The translations under genes and the position numbers were made by a program. Below are positions 38,242-47,456 of a stretch of DNA of 64,000 nt, in pieces. The stretch is from Nocardioidaceae bacterium (GTDB lineage: Bacteria > Actinomycetota > Actinomycetes > Propionibacteriales > Nocardioidaceae): NCBI GenBank assembly GCA_035688575.1, contig DASSMS010000142.1, positions 9,256 to 73,255 of the forward strand, in the 5' to 3' direction. Under the pieces are notes generated by a model that saw only the letters and a program-made list of their open reading frames with translations, made no database searches and was not told where the DNA came from. How positions within the stretch are numbered: position 1 is the stretch's first letter; the number at the start of each line of letters is the position of its first letter.

Positions 38242-39492
38242 GTGACCGAGTCCCCCGGGCTGCAACGGCGCCTCGGTGCGCGCGACGCCGTCGTTCTCGG
38301 TCTCGGCGCGATGGTCGGGGCCGGGGTCTTCTCCGCGTTCTCACCCGCGGCGGACGCGGCCGGTTCGTGGCTTCTCGTCGGGCTCCTCCTCGCCGCGGCG
38401 GTCGCGTACTGCAACGCGACCTCGTCCGCCCAGCTCGCCGCGCAGTACCCCACCTCGGGTGGGACCTACCTGTACGGCCGCGAGCGACTCGGTGAGTGGT
38501 GGGGCTTCCTCGCGGGGTGGGCCTTCGTCGTCGGAAAGACCGCGAGCCTCGCCGCGATGGCCCTGACGTTCGCGGCCTACTCGGTGCCCGACCCGTGGCA
38601 GCGGCCCACCGCCGTAGCGGCGGTCGTGCTGCTCGCCGCGGTCAACTACCGCGGTATCACCCGCACCGCGCAGCTCACCCGCGTCATCGTGACGGTCGTG
38701 CTGCTCGCCCTCGGCACCGGCGTGCTCGTCAGCCTGGTCGCAGGAAGTCCGGCGTCGTCGCGACTGCACCTGACGAGTGGCGTCGGTGTGCTCGGGGTGC
38801 TCGAGTCGGCGGGCCTGCTCTTCTTCGCCTTCGCCGGCTACGCCAGGATCGCCACGCTCGCCGAGGAGGTCCGCGACCCCCGGCGTACGATCCCACGGGC
38901 CATCACGGTCGCGCTGCTGCTGACCGTCTGCCTGTACACCGTCGTCGGAGCCACCGTCCTGGCCGTCCTCGGGCCGGAGGGGACGGCAGCCTCGGATGCA
39001 CCGCTGGCTGCGGCGGTCGGCAGCACCGGCTGGGACTGGGCCACACCCGTCGTGCGGGTGGGTGCCGCGGCCGCGTCTCTGGGTGCCCTGCTGGCGCTGG
39101 TGGCCGGCGTGGGCCGAACGGCCCTGGCGATGGGGCGTAACGGCGACCTGCCTTCCTGGCTGGCTGAGGTGCACCCTCGGTTCCACGTGCCGCACCACGC
39201 CGAGGTCGCCGTGGCCGTCGCGGTCTGCGCGCTCGTCCTGACCGTCGACCTGCGTGGCGCGATCGGCTTCTCGTCGTTCGGCGTGCTGCTGTACTACTTC
39301 GTGGCCAACCTCGCAGCACTCTCCCAGGACCCGGAGCACCGGCGCTACCCGCGCGGAGCCCAGGTGGCGGGTGCCATCGGCTGCCTCGCCCTCGCCCTCA
39401 CCCTGCCGGCGGAGGCTGTGCTCGGCGGTCTTCTGGTGCTCGCGCTCGGCGCGTCCTACCGCTTCTGGCGGCAGCGCTCGGCGGGTATCTAG
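38242..39492 (+). CDS. APC family amino acid permease
   Basis: GAMVGAGVF, PTSGGTYLY, FFAFAGYARIATLAEEVRDP. Confidence 0.9.
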   Translation: MTESPGLQRRLGARDAVVLGLGAMVGAGVFSAFSPAADAAGSWLLVGLLLAAAVAYCNATSSAQLAAQYPTSGGTYLYGRERLGEWWGFLAGWAFVVGKTASLAAMALTFAAYSVPDPWQRPTAVAAVVLLAAVNYRGITRTAQLTRVIVTVVLLALGTGVLVSLVAGSPASSRLHLTSGVGVLGVLESAGLLFFAFAGYARIATLAEEVRDPRRTIPRAITVALLLTVCLYTVVGATVLAVLGPEGTAASDAPLAAAVGSTGWDWATPVVRVGAAAASLGALLALVAGVGRTALAMGRNGDLPSWLAEVHPRFHVPHHAEVAVAVAVCALVLTVDLRGAIGFSSFGVLLYYFVANLAALSQDPEHRRYPRGAQVAGAIGCLALALTLPAEAVLGGLLVLALGASYRFWRQRSAGI

Positions 39493-39506
39493 TCCAGATT
39501 CGCGCT

Positions 39507-39520
39507 GGGACCTTGGACCC
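39507..39520. promoter_or_regulatory. DosR/DevR-type box GGGACCTTGGACCC
   Basis: 12/14 match to the other two boxes; upstream of doxX-usp. Confidence 0.6.
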
Positions 39521-39622
39521 CTGAGGTCAGTCCCCTCGGCACTCTCGTACCGCCTGTCCGAAACCCGATGCTTGTGACGTCGAATCACGAGAACTCGACA
39601 CCGCACAGGAAAGGAACTCGAG

Positions 39623-40228
39623 ATGGCCACTTTGCACCACACCCCAGTCCCCGCAGTCGAGGACGTCGTCTTCGAGGCCGAGGTGGTCCGCTCGTCAGCG
39701 GCCCGCAAGGCTCTCGCCGCTCTTCGGATCGGCTTCGGCGTCACGTTCCTGTGGGCCTTCTTCGACAAGCTGCTCGCCCTCGGCTTCCACACCGGTTGGA
39801 CCACCAACCCGGAGACCGGCGCCGAGACCCTGGACCGCTTCGGTGATGCGGCCTGGATCAACGGTGGCAGCCCCACGGAGGGGTTCTTGATGTACGGCGT
39901 TTCCGAGGACAACCCGTTCAAGGACTTCTTCAACTCCATGGCCGGCGACACCTGGGCCGACTGGCTCTTCATGATCGGTCTCCTCGGCATCGGCCTCGCC
40001 CTCACCTTCGGGTTCGGCATGAGGATCGCGGCGGCCACCGGCGCACTGCTCTACATGCTGATGTACGCAGCGAGCCTCCCGCTGGAGAACAACCCGGTCG
40101 TCGACGACCACCTGCTCGGCGCGATCGCCGTCATCGTCCTGGCGCTGACCCTCGCGGGCGACACCTGGGGTGCCGGCAAGTCCTGGGCCAGGACCCACCT
40201 GGTCCGCAAGTACCCCTTCCTCCGGTGA
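39623..40228 (+). CDS. DoxX / thiosulfate:quinone oxidoreductase large-subunit-like membrane protein
   Basis: LRIGFGVTFLWAFFDK, GGSPTEGFL, NNPVVDDH. Confidence 0.82.
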   Translation: MATLHHTPVPAVEDVVFEAEVVRSSAARKALAALRIGFGVTFLWAFFDKLLALGFHTGWTTNPETGAETLDRFGDAAWINGGSPTEGFLMYGVSEDNPFKDFFNSMAGDTWADWLFMIGLLGIGLALTFGFGMRIAAATGALLYMLMYAASLPLENNPVVDDHLLGAIAVIVLALTLAGDTWGAGKSWARTHLVRKYPFLR

Positions 40229-40247
40229 CAGCAGGAAGCGACCTCTG

Positions 40248-41168
40248 ATGAACATCGAGGCCAAATCGGCGGCGACCGGCGAGTGGGAGACCACCCACAA
40301 GCCGATCGTCGTCGCCGTGGACGGATCAGAACGCAACCGAACCGCCGTCGCGTGGGCAGCTCATGAGGCGGCGGCGCTCGGGTGTGACCTGAGGCTGGTG
40401 AACGCCGTTTCCGACTACGTCATCCCCACGCCGCACTACTCGGTGCACAGCGAGGACCGAGAGGTGCTCGACATGCTTGCCGACGTCCGCAGCGAGCTGC
40501 GCGACATCGTCGCGGAGAGCGCCGTGAGCACCCGCGCCGTGGCGGGCGACCCGGTGGACGTCCTGCTCGGCGAGGCCGCGTCGGCAGCACTGGTCGTGGT
40601 CGGGAAGCGGGGCCTCGGCGGGTTCAGCCGGGTGATCGTCGGCTCCACGTCGATCGCGCTCGCCGGACGCTCCCCCGTCCCGGTGGCGATCGTCCCGGAC
40701 AAGTGGGATCAGGCCGAGCGTGTGGGCCGGCCGGTCGTGCTCGGCGTGGATCCCTCCAAGGCCGACGAGGAGCCGATCCAGGTCGCCTTCCTGCGCGCCC
40801 GGCGTCTCGGGGTCCCGCTCGTGGCCGTGCACGGCTGGGAGACCCCCGCGATCTACTCGTGGGACGCCCCCAGCGTCGCCGGTGCGCTCACCGAGCACGA
40901 GGAGGCGGTGGCCGCCCGCTTCGACGCGCTCCTCCTTGAATGGAAGCAGCGCTACCCCGACGTGGTGGTGCGGCCGATGCGCGTGCACAACCACCCGGCG
41001 GCGGCCGTGCTCGAGGCCGCCGAGGAGGCCCAGGTGGTCGTGCTCGGTCGTCACCCGGCGGGCATGTTCGGCGGCTTCGCATTCGGGTCCGTGGCTCGTG
41101 CCGTCCTGCACTACGCCGAGTGCCCGGTCATCGCGGTGCCGTCCGACGGTGAGAGGCACGGGGCCTGA
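40248..41168 (+). CDS. Universal stress protein (tandem USP domains)
   Basis: IVVAVDGS...GKRG..GS; VVLGVD...GSVARAVLHYAECPV. Confidence 0.9.
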   Translation: MNIEAKSAATGEWETTHKPIVVAVDGSERNRTAVAWAAHEAAALGCDLRLVNAVSDYVIPTPHYSVHSEDREVLDMLADVRSELRDIVAESAVSTRAVAGDPVDVLLGEAASAALVVVGKRGLGGFSRVIVGSTSIALAGRSPVPVAIVPDKWDQAERVGRPVVLGVDPSKADEEPIQVAFLRARRLGVPLVAVHGWETPAIYSWDAPSVAGALTEHEEAVAARFDALLLEWKQRYPDVVVRPMRVHNHPAAAVLEAAEEAQVVVLGRHPAGMFGGFAFGSVARAVLHYAECPVIAVPSDGERHGA

Positions 41169-41175
41169 CGAGCCG

Positions 41176-42783
41176 CTACTCACCCCGTAGCGGGACCGTC
41201 CACTCCAGGACCGTCCCGTGCGGCTCCTCGGGAAGCAGCCGGAACGTGCCCCCGTTGTCGGCGGCACGGCGCCTCGCGTTTCGCAGCCCGCTCTCGTTGC
41301 GGTCCGTGGGCACGCCCCGGCCGTTGTCGGCCACCCGCAGCATGACCTCGTCGGCCCGTGCCTCCACCTCCACCACAGCGGCGTCGGCCTCCGCGTGCCG
41401 GGCCACGTTGGACAGCGCCTCACGGAGCACGGCCAGGAGCTGCTCGGCGAGCTGCTTCGGCACTGCCGTGTCGACCGGGCCCGAGGTGCGCACCATGGGC
41501 GTGAACCCCAGGACGGGGATGTACTCCTTGACCAACCCACGGACGTCCGCGCGCAGCGACAGCTCGTGCCCGTGCTGGAGCTCGAAGATGGTCGAGCGGA
41601 TGTCGCGGATGGTCACGTCGAGGTCTGCCACGGCACTGTCGATCCGCTCCTTGACCTCCTCGCTCAGGGCGATGCGGCGGGCACCCTGCAGCGCCAGGCC
41701 CGTCGCGAACAGGCGCTGGATCACCAGGTCGTGGAGGTCACGTGCGATCCGGTCACGGTCCGAGACCAGCATCAGCTCCTGGCGGTCTGAGATCGCCTGA
41801 GCGCGGTCCAGCGCCAGCGATGCCTGGTCCGCGAAGGACGCGAGCAGCTCCGCCTCGTCGCTCTCGAGCGATCCACGGCCGGCGTCGAGGAGGACCAGGA
41901 GCACACCGTCGGGCGCCAGGTGCGCCCGCAACGGCACGAGTACGACGGTCCGCTCGGCGCCCTGGGGGATGACGACGACCGTTGCCTCCTCCTCGGCGCC
42001 GGCGATCTGCGTCTCGAGTGACTCCACCATCGGGGCGATCTCGTCGGCCCGGCGGCCGTCCCAGGCCGCCACCTCGTGGGTCGCATCGACCGCGCGGCGT
42101 ACCACCGCCACCGCCGAGGCGCCGGAGACGCGGCGCGCGCCGATCGCGATCTGGCGCAGCGCGTCGTCGAGGCGCACCGGGGGCTGGAGCGCGTCGTTGA
42201 TCTGTGCCGTCGCCTCGAGCCACTGGCGACGACGCTCGCTCTGGGCGTAGTCGCGGGCGTTCTCGATCACGAAGCCGGCCGCCGACGCGAGCGCCTCGAC
42301 GAGCTTCTCGTCGTGGTCGCTGAAGTCTCCCCCGCCCTCCTTCTCGGTGAGGTAGAGGTTGCCGAAGACCCTCCCGCGGATCCGCACGGGGACGCCGAGG
42401 AAGCTGTCCATGGGCGGGTGGTTCGGCGGGAAGCCGTAGGACTTCGGGTGGTCCTTGATGTGTGAGAGCCGGATCGGCTCGGGATGGTCGATCAGCAGCC
42501 CCAGGATGCCGTGGCCACGAGGCAGGTTGCCGATGGCCGTGTGCTCCTCCTCCGTGACGCCGTGGGTCACGAAGTCGACGAGACCGCCGCCGTGTCCGAT
42601 GACACCGAGGGCGCCGTACTTCGCGGAGGTGATCTGGCAGGCCGACACCACTATGCGGTTCAGGACGCTGTGCATGTCGAGGTCGGAGGAGATGGCGACG
42701 ACGGCGTCGAGGAGAGCCCGAGCGTTCGCGGGGAGCTCGAGGCCGTCCTCGGTGGGTGCCTGGGTCAGGCCCTGGTCGGTCAT
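41176..42783 (-). CDS. devS: DosS/DevS-like GAF sensor histidine kinase
   Basis: GFPPNHPPMDSFLGVP (His at the heme-ligand position), DRIARDLHDLVIQRLF, EALSNVARHA, DNGRG. Confidence 0.85.
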   Translation of the reverse strand: MTDQGLTQAPTEDGLELPANARALLDAVVAISSDLDMHSVLNRIVVSACQITSAKYGALGVIGHGGGLVDFVTHGVTEEEHTAIGNLPRGHGILGLLIDHPEPIRLSHIKDHPKSYGFPPNHPPMDSFLGVPVRIRGRVFGNLYLTEKEGGGDFSDHDEKLVEALASAAGFVIENARDYAQSERRRQWLEATAQINDALQPPVRLDDALRQIAIGARRVSGASAVAVVRRAVDATHEVAAWDGRRADEIAPMVESLETQIAGAEEEATVVVIPQGAERTVVLVPLRAHLAPDGVLLVLLDAGRGSLESDEAELLASFADQASLALDRAQAISDRQELMLVSDRDRIARDLHDLVIQRLFATGLALQGARRIALSEEVKERIDSAVADLDVTIRDIRSTIFELQHGHELSLRADVRGLVKEYIPVLGFTPMVRTSGPVDTAVPKQLAEQLLAVLREALSNVARHAEADAAVVEVEARADEVMLRVADNGRGVPTDRNESGLRNARRRAADNGGTFRLLPEEPHGTVLEWTVPLRGE

Positions 42784-42819
42784 GCCGACCAGCCTAGATG
42801 GCCGGGGACGAGCCCGCGG

Positions 42820-43260
42820 TCACAGCACGCGGCGCACCGGCATCATGGTCGCCGGGGACCAGTCCGCGCCGAGCCTGCGTCCGGTCAGGTCACGCCACGT
42901 GAGACGGATGTAGAGATGCCTGCGACCGCCGGCCCAGGGCGTGGGGTCCCAGTTGGTGCGGATGTCGTTGAGCTCGTCGGGGTCCTCGACGAGAGTCGCC
43001 CGGCCGATCGCGACGACGCTCCACCCCTGGTGCTTGTCGTAGTCGATGTGGTCGATCTCGAAGGCGAGATCGGTGTTCCATCCGTAGGTGCCGAGCTCGC
43101 TGTACGGCGTCGTGCGAAACACGATCGCGTCCTCGTACATCGCGTAGTTGATCGGGACGATGCGCGGACCCATGGGCGTCGAGAGGGCGACCCGGCCGAG
43201 CACACCTCCGTGCAAGAGCTCCAGGCACTCCTCGACCGTGAGCTCCACAGGCTCGTTCAT
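42820..43260 (-). CDS. Pyridoxamine 5'-phosphate oxidase-like flavin-binding protein
   Basis: ECLELL...GRVA...PINY...FRT...AFEID...GWSVV...PW...TGRR. Confidence 0.85.
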   Translation of the reverse strand: MNEPVELTVEECLELLHGGVLGRVALSTPMGPRIVPINYAMYEDAIVFRTTPYSELGTYGWNTDLAFEIDHIDYDKHQGWSVVAIGRATLVEDPDELNDIRTNWDPTPWAGGRRHLYIRLTWRDLTGRRLGADWSPATMMPVRRVL

Positions 43261-43337
43261 CGGACTCCTCCTTCTCCGAACAGCAGATGCTAGCGACTCT
43301 CCCGTCCCATGATGGCGGCACGCTGCGGGACCAGCAC

Positions 43338-43351
43338 GGGCCGAAGGTCCC
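43338..43351. promoter_or_regulatory. DosR/DevR-type box GGGCCGAAGGTCCC
   Basis: Exact reverse complement of 37528-37541; between divergent PNPOx-like and usp genes. Confidence 0.7.
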
Positions 43352-43469
43352 GCAGGCTCTGTCCGTTACGCCCTGCTCCCGACTCGCCGCCGCTGCCAGG
43401 CTGAACCAAGGACAAAGTGGATGTGACCGCCCGTTGATTGTTCGGGACGAGGGGCGAGGAGACACGGAC

Positions 43470-43904
43470 ATGGTGAGCAGGGAACGGATCGTCGTCGGTG
43501 GCGACACGACTCCCTCGGCGACCGCCGCGCTGCGGTGGGCGGTCGAGGAGGCCGCGCGGCGCCATATCTCCGTGTTGGTGGTGCACGCCTTCGACGTGGA
43601 AGGTCGTGCCGACCTGGCGCTGGAACGTGACCTGGACCGGAGCCGCAGGGACGCGAGGTACCGGACCCAGTCGTGGGTCGTCGAGGTCCTCGGTGACTCC
43701 GAGATCTCGGTTCCGGTCATGGTGCAGACCCCCGACGGCCCCGTGGAGGACGCCCTCGTCAGAGCCTCGGTCAACGCGTCGCTGGTGGTCATCGGCGAGC
43801 CGCAGAACGGCCGTCGTCGCGAGCTGGCCGCACGGCTGTCCGCGCGGTGTGCGTGCCCGGTCGTCACCGTGGGTGTGGGCCGGACTCCGGCCCTGGCGGG
43901 CTGA
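43470..43904 (+). CDS. Universal stress protein (single domain)
   Basis: RIVVGGD...ALRWA..EA...VVHA...CACPVVTV. Confidence 0.8.
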   Translation: MVSRERIVVGGDTTPSATAALRWAVEEAARRHISVLVVHAFDVEGRADLALERDLDRSRRDARYRTQSWVVEVLGDSEISVPVMVQTPDGPVEDALVRASVNASLVVIGEPQNGRRRELAARLSARCACPVVTVGVGRTPALAG

Positions 43905-43909
43905 GCGCG

Positions 43910-45352
43910 ATGTCGGTCCAGCGACCCTCCGTCGCCAGCCCCGACGTCGACCTCCACCAGTATTTCGGCCAGGGGCCGCGTGCGCTGCGGCGTTCCTGGT
44001 TCGTCGCGACCACCCTCGGCGAGTCGGTCGGCTTCCTCGTCCCCTCCGTCGTCGCCGCACTCGTCTGGGAGCTCCACCCGGGGCTCACCCTCGTCCTGAT
44101 GGTGCTCGCGGGAGTCGGCGAGGGCCTGTTGCTCGGCGCGGCCCAGTCGGTGGTGCTGGGCCGCGAGTTCCTCGGCTTCTCCCGCGTCGCCTGGACCGGC
44201 GCCACGGCGGCCGGCGCCGCCGCCGCGTGGCTCCTCGCCATGCTGGCGGTCACGACCTCATCGACGTGGACGCAGTGGCCTCCGGCGCTGACGGTCCCGC
44301 TCGGGTTCCTCCTCGGACTCTCCCTGCTCGCCTCCGTCGGCCTTGCCCAGTGGACGGTCCTGCGCCACCACGTGGCCAGGTCCCGGACCTGGGTCCCGGC
44401 CAACGTCGTCGCCTGGCTCGTCGGGCTCGGCGTCCTTCTCGGCATCACGACACCGCTGTGGCAGGAGGGCCAGTCGACCGCCCTGGTCGTCGTCATCGGC
44501 GTTCTCGGCGGGCTCGGCATGGCGCTTGCCGTGGCCGCTGTCAGCGGTTGGTGGCTGGCCCGGCTGGTCAGCCCCCCGGCCGGTGCGGCCCGACCGTGCC
44601 CCCCGGGTGTCCCGGAGCGCGACTGGGCCGCCCTCGCGGAGTCCACGGACGAGTTCCGAGTCTTCGACCCCGTGCTCCTCGAAGGCCTCCCCGAGCCGGT
44701 CCAGCGTTGGATGCGGCACGTCGTCGCACCGGGTGCCGCACTGCTGACCGGGGTCGAGGTGGAGTGGACCGGCCACCTACTGCTCGGCCGCTCCTGGCGG
44801 ACGTTCTTCTCGCGTGAGCGGTCGACGCTGGCGGGCGGCTTCGTCTGGTCCGCTCGCACCCGGGTCGTCGGCCTGCCCGTCACCGGGTTCGACCGCTACA
44901 CCCGTGACGAGGGCGAGATGCGCTGGCGTGTCCTGGGCCGGCTCCGGCTCGTCAGCGCGTCCGGCGACGAGGTGAGCCGCAGCGCAGCGGGCCGCCACGC
45001 TGCCGAGCTCCTCGCAGCGGTCCCCGCGGTCGCCCTCGACCCGGCCGTGACCTGGGAGCCCGTCGACCACCTCCGCGCGACCGCCCGCGTCGTCGTGGGC
45101 GGCGAGTCCCAACGAGTCACGGTCACGGTCGACCCGGTCGGACGGTTACGTGAGCTGGAGATGGACCGCTGGGGCACCCCGCCGGGCGCGTCCTTCGGCA
45201 GTCACCGCTTCGGCGTGCTGCTCGGCGAGGAGCGCCGCTTCGACAGCTACCTGGTTCCGACGGAGGTGGTGGGTGGCTGGCACATCGGGACGGGCGACTG
45301 GGACGAGGGCATCTTCATGCGCTACCGCGTGTTGCGCTGCTCGTTCCACTGA
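43910..45352 (+). CDS. Multi-TM membrane protein fused to a DUF6544-like domain
   Basis: About 6 TM helices, then LPEPVQRW...GFVW...DRY...GEMRW. Confidence 0.7.
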   Translation: MSVQRPSVASPDVDLHQYFGQGPRALRRSWFVATTLGESVGFLVPSVVAALVWELHPGLTLVLMVLAGVGEGLLLGAAQSVVLGREFLGFSRVAWTGATAAGAAAAWLLAMLAVTTSSTWTQWPPALTVPLGFLLGLSLLASVGLAQWTVLRHHVARSRTWVPANVVAWLVGLGVLLGITTPLWQEGQSTALVVVIGVLGGLGMALAVAAVSGWWLARLVSPPAGAARPCPPGVPERDWAALAESTDEFRVFDPVLLEGLPEPVQRWMRHVVAPGAALLTGVEVEWTGHLLLGRSWRTFFSRERSTLAGGFVWSARTRVVGLPVTGFDRYTRDEGEMRWRVLGRLRLVSASGDEVSRSAAGRHAAELLAAVPAVALDPAVTWEPVDHLRATARVVVGGESQRVTVTVDPVGRLRELEMDRWGTPPGASFGSHRFGVLLGEERRFDSYLVPTEVVGGWHIGTGDWDEGIFMRYRVLRCSFH

Positions 45353-45367
45353 CGCACGTCGGTGGCC

Positions 45368-46327
45368 TCAGACGTCGACGCCGCTTCTCAGGGCAGGCAG
45401 CACCTTCTCGCCGTACGCCCTGATCATCCCCTCGTAGTGCGGCCCCATGTTGGCGACGTAGACCTCGTCGTACCCGGCGTCGACGTACGGCGCGAAGACG
45501 TCGACGTGCCGCTCGAGGTCGGGGCCGCACACCACGGCGTCCGCGGTCATCTCCTTGGTGACGAGCTGGGAGGCCTGCTCGAAGTGCTGCGGGCTGGGGA
45601 GGATCTGGGCGAGCTCACCGGGCAGCCCCGAGTTGGCCCACAGCCGGTGTGCGTGGTCGACCCCCTCCTCGGTGGGGGCGAATGCGACCTTCACGCCGGC
45701 CTGGGCGGGCTTGCCGCCCGACTTCTCCTTGAACAGCCCGAGCAGGTCGTCGTCGGGAGCCGTGTTGATGTAGCCGTCGCCGATACGGGCCGCGAGCTCG
45801 GTGGCCTTGGGCCCGAAGCCGGAGACGTAGATCGGGGGCGGCTGGTCGGGGAGCGTGTAGATCCTTGCCGTGTCGACGGTGTAGAACTCGCCGCCATACG
45901 TCACGGTCTCGCCGGTGAACAGCCGGCGGATCACGTCGACCGCCTCCTCCAGCATGGCCAGGCGTACGTCGGCCGTGGGCCACGCGTCGCCGAGGACGTG
46001 CTCGTTGAGGGCCTCGCCAGAGCCGACGCCCAGGACGAACCTTCCGTCGAGCATCACCGCGCTGGTCGCAGCGGCCTGCGCGATCACCGCGGGGTGGGTT
46101 CGCACGGTCGGGCAGGTCACTGCCGTCGTCACGGGGAGGTCGCAGACCTGCGAGATCGCGCCGATCACCGACCACACGAACGGGCTCTGCCCCTGCTCGT
46201 TGTTCCAGGGGTGGAAGTGGTCGCTGATCCACAGCGCGTCGAAACCGGCATCCTCGGCGAGCCGGGCCTGGTCCACGAGCTGCTTGGGGGTGTACTCCTC
46301 GCAGGAGAGGAAGTAGCCGAAGCGCAT
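45368..46327 (-). CDS. F420-dependent LLM-class oxidoreductase (G6PDH-like family)
   Basis: WISDHFHPW, TAVTCP, GVGSGEALNEH; GGAGG RBS. Confidence 0.9.
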   Translation of the reverse strand: MRFGYFLSCEEYTPKQLVDQARLAEDAGFDALWISDHFHPWNNEQGQSPFVWSVIGAISQVCDLPVTTAVTCPTVRTHPAVIAQAAATSAVMLDGRFVLGVGSGEALNEHVLGDAWPTADVRLAMLEEAVDVIRRLFTGETVTYGGEFYTVDTARIYTLPDQPPPIYVSGFGPKATELAARIGDGYINTAPDDDLLGLFKEKSGGKPAQAGVKVAFAPTEEGVDHAHRLWANSGLPGELAQILPSPQHFEQASQLVTKEMTADAVVCGPDLERHVDVFAPYVDAGYDEVYVANMGPHYEGMIRAYGEKVLPALRSGVDV

Positions 46328-46429
46328 GGTCTCCTCCTTCGTCGGCGTCCGCTCCCCGTGTGCCCACACCGTGCTCCCACATGCGGCGTTCACCCCGCCC
46401 AGGGACCGGCCAACGGCGATGATGGGTCG

Positions 46430-46801
46430 ATGGTGGCGGTCGAGCGCGGGAGCGTAGAGGACTTCTTCCACGACGTACCCCTCGGGCGCCGCGTGTACGA
46501 CGAGCTCGTGCGGCTCGTCGACGGGCACGGCCCCGCGACGGCCCGGGTCACCGAGAGCCAGGTGGCCTTCAGACGTCGTGGGGGCTTCTGCTGGGTGTGG
46601 CTGCCGCCGATGTACCTGTCGCACCCCGGCGCCGACGTGGTCGTCTCGTTCGCCCTCGACCGGCCGGACCCGAGTCCTCGATGGAAGCAGACGGTGCACG
46701 TCGGCGGGCACTGGATGCACCACCTGGAGGTGCACGACGTCGCCGAGATCGACGCCCAGGTGGCAGCCTGGCTCGCTGAGGCCTACGCGTCGGCGGGCTG
46801 A
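46430..46801 (+). CDS. DUF5655-like hypothetical protein
   Basis: SQVAFRRR.GF.W.W...W.HH.EV....ID.QV..WL.EAY. Confidence 0.7.
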   Translation: MVAVERGSVEDFFHDVPLGRRVYDELVRLVDGHGPATARVTESQVAFRRRGGFCWVWLPPMYLSHPGADVVVSFALDRPDPSPRWKQTVHVGGHWMHHLEVHDVAEIDAQVAAWLAEAYASAG

Positions 46802-47382
46802 CCGGTCGCCGCGAGCACCGCAGGCAGCGCCGCCGCGAGCAGCCGCAACAGCTCCTCCTTCGGCACCTGCCTCTCCTGGACCCACGTGATGACTGCCTCC
46901 TCGACCATCGCGGCCCAGCCGTTGGTCAGCAGCCGGGTCGCCGGCGAGTCGCTCAGGCCGAGCTCGCCGATGCTGTCGAAGATCCGCCCCGTGATCGCGC
47001 CTCGTGCGTCCTGGTAGATCTCGCGCAGGAACCGGTCCCCGCTCGCAGCCCCCCGGACGAGTGAGGTGAACGGCTCGAGGTTGGCCTCGACGTAGTCGAT
47101 GTAGGCGGCGAGACCAGCCTCGAGGCGGGTCAGCGGGTCCAGCGTGGGATCGGGGGTGGTCAGCGCGAGCATCTCGTCGGTCGCCCGTCGTACCACCGCA
47201 CGGTGGAACTCCTGCTTGTTGCGGAAGTAGTGGTAGAGCAGCCCCCGCGAGATGCCGGCCTCCTCGGCGAGCAGGTCGATGGACAGCTCGTCGAGGGATC
47301 GCGTGGCGAGCAGCTCGATGCCGAGGTCGAGCAGCTGCTCGCGGCGGTCGTCCGGGCTCAGCCGGACGCGGGCGTGGCTCAT
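46783..47382 (-). CDS. TetR/AcrR family transcriptional regulator
   Basis: LSIDLLAEEAGISRGLLYHYFRNK HTH. Confidence 0.92.
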   Translation of the reverse strand: MSHARVRLSPDDRREQLLDLGIELLATRSLDELSIDLLAEEAGISRGLLYHYFRNKQEFHRAVVRRATDEMLALTTPDPTLDPLTRLEAGLAAYIDYVEANLEPFTSLVRGAASGDRFLREIYQDARGAITGRIFDSIGELGLSDSPATRLLTNGWAAMVEEAVITWVQERQVPKEELLRLLAAALPAVLAATGQPADA

Positions 47383-47393
47383 GCGTCGCACTC

Positions 47394-47435
47394 TACTGAA
47401 TTCGTGTCAACAATGCTATTGACTCACGTTCAATA
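47394..47435. promoter_or_regulatory. Tandem palindromic operators (TACTGA-N7-TCAACA and TATTGA-N7-TCAATA) overlapping a sigma-A promoter
   Basis: In the tetR/monooxygenase divergent gap; TTGACT (47419)-N18-TATGGT (47443). Confidence 0.7.
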
Positions 47436-47456
47436 CCGTCGGTATGGTCCTGGGCC

